A stretch of 63,147 nt of DNA, counting the filler, from Bigelowiella natans CCMP2755 (lineage: Eukaryota; Protista; Cercozoa): assembly GCA_000320545.1 (NCBI GenBank). It is 11 parts of 11 records of this genome, joined end to end, with 100 filler letters (N's around TTAATTAATTAA, not from the genome) between each part and the next. Parts side by side here need not be neighbours in the genome. Positions count along the whole stretch, not along the records: positions 53,402 to 59,317 come from ADNK01003429.1; positions 59,418 to 61,512 come from ADNK01001649.1; positions 61,613 to 63,147 come from ADNK01000253.1; 8 more parts are not named here. The stretch is one strand, 5' to 3'. The position numbers and the translations under genes were made by a program. Positions 57,862 through 63,147 of this stretch are shown here, in pieces. Under the pieces are notes generated by a model. It had not been told where the DNA came from. It did no database searches and saw nothing but the letters and a program-made list of their open reading frames with translations. Numbering within the stretch: the first letter of the stretch is position 1; the number at the start of each line of letters is the position of its first letter.

Positions 57862-59317
57862 ATGCATGCCTCCTCCCTCCGAATCTTGCTGTCGCTTTTC
57901 CTTCTCATCTCCTCTTCTTTCTCTAACCCCTCCGGCGATTTTCCTCATGCCTCTCTTGGCGCGTCCTCGCCGCAGGAAGTGGGAGAAGGTGGGTGCGCGG
58001 CTGCGGGGATAGACTTCGAGAAGGATGCAGGGGTTGCGTGCATAGACGTACAATTCGCGTCGAATGGAAACTCCAGTGGCGCCACCACTATCAGGGGCAG
58101 CGTGGTTATGCCAATAGGGGGATCATCACCAGATAATGCAAAGGTTCTTGTTGAAGAAGAAGGGAATGAGTTGATGGGGAGGGGGGGCGAGATAGAGGAG
58201 CGTTTCTAAATCACACTGTTTTGCGGGCTGCTAGACGTACACAGGAGTCATTCTAATCCCTGGAAGCGGCGGCAATAATCGTTGGGAGGTAACTTATCTC
58301 TCTACAGTTTAGTAGTAGGGATCAATCTGACGTCATCGTCATTATCTTCATCGCGTCGTAGCACCATCTCTCAATCGCATCTGCTCTCCCTCTTTTCCTC
58401 CTCCTCCTTCTTTTCTCTTCGTTCTCTTCATTGTCGTCATCATCTTCCTCTTATAAACGTTGAATGGACTCTCTCATTCATTTCTCGACTGGCGACAATG
58501 TAGGCCACAGGCGCCACTTCTCCTTTGCTGGATTTTGCAGTGGCTGGCGCGCAGCGTGGCCTCGTTGTGCTGACCTACGACAAGAGATCATGCAGCAGCG
58601 GCATCTGCTCATATCGTCAGTTCTGTGTGCCTGTGGCCTCTTCTGGTGAATTCAAAGAGTGTGGCAATGACACCTGTCCGGGGTAATAATAAGTAGATGG
58701 TGAATAGTGTAGGGCTCGCGGTAATCATAAGAAAAGCGAAGCGACAAGGCGTATCTATAGCTGTTTGGCTCCAAGATGAGCCCGATGCCCCTCTTTCGCA
58801 CACCATCCGCTTCGTGGCGAGAGCTCTGCAGCTTCGCTTTGTAGATCAACGTCCTCTTTAACGACGGCGTATGGCATCGACTGAAGTTCCGATGCAATTA
58901 TTACGAATAGGTGTGTCAATCTACTGAGGTTAACCGTCTACGACTTCGTCGCAGATGCCATTGCAGCCTCGGAGTTCCTGGCGAGGCAGCCTTACGCGAA
59001 CGACAGCTCCTCGATGACAGCCATGGGCCATTCACAGGGATGCTCCATCGCGCCATACGTTGTGCAGCACAATCCAAGAGTCGGGTGAGGACTTGTACGT
59101 CTGACGGTGTCGTTGTAGGTGAAAGTAGCAGTTGCAACCCGCAATAACAGTGGTAGCAGTAGTAGTAAAAAAAGTGAAAACTCAATAGCACAGTAGTCGC
59201 AGCATCATCTTTGCCCCGCAGATCCAAAACCATGCCCCCTCCTCCTCGTCTCTGAACGCCCGGCTTATTATTGCAGGCAAATCGTGACGCTGAGGTGCTG
59301 GATTAGACATGGGTATC
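57862..59317 (+). CDS. Secreted alpha/beta-fold serine hydrolase, 3' truncated
   Basis: Signal peptide MHASSLRILLSLFLLISSSFS; exons VILIPGSG, GLVVLTYDKR, DAIAASEFLARQP; nucleophile elbow MGHSQG. Confidence 0.75.
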
Positions 59318-59502
59318 NNNNNNNNNNNNNNNNNNNNNNNNNNNNNNNNNNNNNNNNNNNNTTAATTAATTAANNNNNNNNNNNNNNNNNNNNNNNNNNN
59401 NNNNNNNNNNNNNNNNNCCCCCAAAAGGGGTCCTCCCCCCCCCGGTTTCCTAAGACAACAAACCCTCCCTTTGGGGAAAACCCTGGGGGGTGGGGGGGGG
59501 GG

Positions 59503-60099
59503 TTGGGCAGTACAGAGGGCAAGCACCAGTATGAGCTTAACGCTTTGATTGGAGATTGGATTGCGACCAGCTTTCGCAGGGCGCGGAGCGTTCGCGTGGC
59601 CTTCCTCCCCCCCCCCCCCCCCTTCCGCAAAATGGAAGGGAAGTTTCTGGAGATGCGCAGCGACCTGAACCCTGCGGTAGCTATGCGGCCGAGGATAAGT
59701 TCTCTGCCAGACCTCCTGGGCGATAACAACATCATGCGGCGTATTAGCAGCATCGCCGGGGCCGGTGTCAGCAGAGGGGGGGCGGATAGCAAGGATAACA
59801 TTCGCATCAACGTGAATGCAGCAGCAGCAGCAGCCGCCGATGACGGCAGCGCTGCCATTCTGATCTCTCCCCCCCCCGCTGAGGAGGACACCATGCAGCG
59901 CGCGTTTTTCTCGAAAGGTAGTGAGGGGAAGACAGGAGGAGGAGCAGATGTCCCCCGCCTCTTCGAGCTTAGTGACGGGGCATTGGGCAATAGCATGATC
60001 GATGACGATGACGACGACCACGGCGGCTATTATGGCATTGATGATGCGTACTATGGGGCCGCAGGGGACTTGATATCGCCCATGGCGAAAGACGCGTAA
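59503..60099 (+). CDS. 3' end of a hypothetical protein
   Basis: 198-codon open frame with coding-like composition next to the gap; no family recognised. Confidence 0.45.
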   Translation: MGSTEGKHQYELNALIGDWIATSFRRARSVRVAFLPPPPPFRKMEGKFLEMRSDLNPAVAMRPRISSLPDLLGDNNIMRRISSIAGAGVSRGGADSKDNIRINVNAAAAAAADDGSAAILISPPPAEEDTMQRAFFSKGSEGKTGGGADVPRLFELSDGALGNSMIDDDDDDHGGYYGIDDAYYGAAGDLISPMAKDA

Positions 60100-61633
60100 T
60101 TCGTTCGGCGTAGGAGCGACGAGAAGGGTGCATGTGCAAGTGGTGTTCGTGATCGTCGAGCCAACTTGCCTGCCTCGAAATCAAAAGTAGCAAATTTCTA
60201 CTCGATTATTATTGTAGCAGTCGTTTCAATTTCTTTGTTGAGAATCGTCAGGAGATCTTAGTTAATTTCAATGCGCACCACGCTAGCACGTGTCATTTTT
60301 GACGGTACACATTTCGCGCATAGTCATGCTAGCATAGCCTACATGTAGGCAGACGAGCGATAACATCAAATGCATGATGGCGAGACTACTTAGTCATTTA
60401 ATTATTTTTTCATTAGTACTCTTGTTTGTCATTGTTTTTGTCTGACTACACCACGGCTAGACGGCCTAAATGCAAGCGTTGATTTGCTCACTTGTGCTTG
60501 CAAGGGCACGACGAGCTAGCGAGACGCACGCGGATGCAATAAGCACATTGACAATCCCAATGTGCTCTCATCTGGGCATCGCGGTAATGCTGCGCATACA
60601 AGCTCGCAACACATGTTAGCATGCGTGTGTGTAGCTAGGTAGGGCACTCTAGCATGCAAGCATGCTAGCATGGACAGATGGCAACTAATCGAACAACATC
60701 ATTGCACATGCTGCCACGACTAGACAAAAATGCTCGGCTCTGATTTGCCTCGCCTAGTCGCTTTCATTAGGAATGAGCATGTCTAGATGTGTTGTTCCAT
60801 GCCAGCATGCCCATTTATCATTACGCAAGCAATCATGAATCTTTTGTCAAAACAGACACAATTTGCGAAGGCAATGACTGATGTACGTCACCGAGGCTAG
60901 CGATAAGGATTGCACATCTAGCATATGCTGATGGATGCGATGTATGCACGCGCATGATAAATTATGTAAATGTTACAACAACGCAGAGTCGTCTCCTATG
61001 ATGTAGTCGAGGAGGGGATCGTTGAAAGGAACACTCTCATGACCCCCATCGGGATAGAAACGCTGCTCGGTACTGTAAAATCTGAAACCATAATCACAAC
61101 ACATTACATTGAAGCACTGGTCAATGCGACAAGCGAAGGTTTATCAGGATGGGTTAGAAACATCGGGGGGGGAAGGGGGGGGGAGCAGACCTGAGATTCT
61201 CAACGGAAGAAGTGTAGAGATCAGCATGGCGTCTCATACTAGCGGCAAACTTGGACACAGCATCGCCAGCACGGAAGATGGACCTTTATTTTTTTGATTT
61301 TTTTTCAACGCGTCATTTCCGGGGGAATAAAGAGAAAATCATCTTGTTAAGAAAATCGAATGATCCCAGAATTGCATTTTTTTTAAGAAAAACAAGAAAG
61401 AAAACAATCGCTCGTTACCCGAAATTAGCGTTGATAACGTGTTCCTGGATATCTCTCCAACGGTTGACCTCGGATTCCTGACAAACACATGCAGCACCTC
61501 TCACGTCATTGANNNNNNNNNNNNNNNNNNNNNNNNNNNNNNNNNNNNNNNNNNNNTTAATTAATTAANNNNNNNNNNNNNNNNNNNNNNNNNNNNNNNN
61601 NNNNNNNNNNNNGTAGTAGTAGTAGTAGTATTA

Positions 61634-61886
61634 CCTGCTTTTCATTATACAGTAGCGCTCCGAGCAGCAGGATCTCGCCTTTCGGGCTAGATTGGATCGG
61701 GGGAGGGGAGGGATTGGGGGGAAGGAATAATAAAGACGAAAAAGGCAGCAGCCATAACACTTCACTTTAGCCACTATTACACCACTAAATGATCTGGCAT
61801 ATAAACATCAACAGCGGCTGCCTGTAATGACAACATAAATAGTAAGTGGTGGTTTCTCATGGTCTTTTTCTTTCTCTCCGGGAATT

Positions 61887-61930
<44 letters not shown>

Positions 61931-62669
61931 GTGTGTGTGTGTGTGTGTGTGTGTATAGCTCAACAACTTTGTATTGGCACGTGTCTGGGAAGTTGTAGGG
62001 CCAGTGACTACTCTTCGGAAACTTATAAGGAAGGAGCCCTACATCCACACATCTCACAGCAGTGCTAGGAGAAGCACCAGCGGCCTAAAGAGAGAGAGAG
62101 AGAGAAAGAGAAAGGGATAAAAAAAAGAGGAGAGGGGGTGAAGGGGGAGTACCAAATGAAAGGATCGCACACACACACGCACACACACGCACACACACGC
62201 ACACATGCGCACACACACACACACACTATTTGTACGCATTCTCATGTAAATCATGTGCGGTGTACCTTTTGCCCTTCGCCCACCTCCCCCCCCCTTCCTT
62301 CTCCTGCTTCCTTATTCAGGAGAGATTTCAGAGCATTGAGGTCGTTTTCACGCACGGCATAAAACATCTTCGTCCACTTATCCTCCCAATGTGCCAAGAC
62401 AACTCTGAAAACGCATCGATATGCACATACAAAGATATGGAGGGAGACGGGGGGGGGGATTACTTGTGGCTGTATTGCAAATAAATGGGCTGAAGGATAA
62501 AGCAGCCGCAGGTTATGCGTCATCACGAATAGAGAGTGGGGAATAGCAGCACCTTGGCACTGGCGGCTCAGCTACAAACGAGTCCATCCTTTCGAATTGA
62601 ATCATTCCAATGTTCTAGATAGTCGCGGTAGTAAGTTGTGGCAGCCAGCCAGAGGAAAAAGATGGATGA

Positions 62670-62703
<34 letters not shown>

Positions 62704-62810
62704 GGTGGTGAGGCTATGAGTGCCCTAAACTCTCTCACCCGCTCATCGTCAGAGTTGTCATTGAATCTAATGCCTGTGTGGGACATCCTCAACGGCTCCG
62801 GCCTAAAAAT
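61634..62810 (-). CDS. Internal exons of an unidentified gene
   Basis: Coding-like segments DKWTKMFYAVRENDLNALKSLLNKE, VDVGLLPYKFPKSSHWPYNFPDTCQYK and RMSHTGIRFNDNSDDERVREFRALI lie between microsatellite introns. Confidence 0.4.
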
Positions 62811-63147
62811 AGTACCAGTAATAATGTTGTAGCAATAGTAGGTGTATTATTAGGACAAGGAGGGGAGGGAAGGGGGGGGGGGGGGATTGTGCATCGGAAT
62901 TTAATAGGAAACAGATAGCAGCAACTAGCTGGTAGTCTTAGTGCTATTTGTAGCAGAAATAGTAGCAGTAGTAGCAGCAGTATATGGCATTTGTTAAGCA
63001 TTGATGTAATAGTGGTGTGGGGACGGTAGGCTCTCGTCCTTCTTCTTACGAGGATTTCCTTCGGATGCTGCCAAATTGGCTGCTGAGTGGGGCACGGCTA
63101 CTCGCTGGATATTGTTTATAAGATTTGTGAGGATAAGGGGAAAGGGG

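Overview
Eukaryotic nuclear DNA, most likely from a chlorarachniophyte alga (Bigelowiella-like). The evidence is spliceosomal introns, microsatellites, and nucleus-encoded green-type RbcS and plastid ribosomal protein S1 carrying signal-peptide plus transit-peptide leaders. The window is 11 contigs joined by artificial 100-nt N/TTAATTAATTAA/N linkers, so adjacency across linkers is unproven. Host genes recognised: plastid Rps1, PRPP synthetase, PLAA/Doa1, a CHD6-9-like remodeller, RbcS, a PRMT1-like enzyme, an exportin-T-like N-terminus, a DHH pyrophosphatase exon, DNA2, mitochondrial EF-G, a KH-Smr protein, an ankyrin protein, a GH18 hydrolase, a cyclophilin-J-domain protein and a secreted alpha/beta hydrolase. 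Five observations stand out. (1) Intergenic repeat tracts almost lack TpA (mostly only CTAG/YTAR survives) while keeping CpG, suggesting a repeat-targeted A>G/T>C 'reverse-RIP' hypermutation process. (2) An AT-rich contig encodes a virophage penton C-terminus and major capsid protein. (3) A young Ty3/gypsy element has an integrase with a shortened D-E spacing and a C-terminal degenerate N6-adenine-methyltransferase-like segment. (4) An intronless ORF may be an H4-H3 histone doublet. (5) RbcS carries a long low-complexity C-terminal tail. All calls come from reading motifs by eye; no database searches were run, and exon boundaries are approximate.
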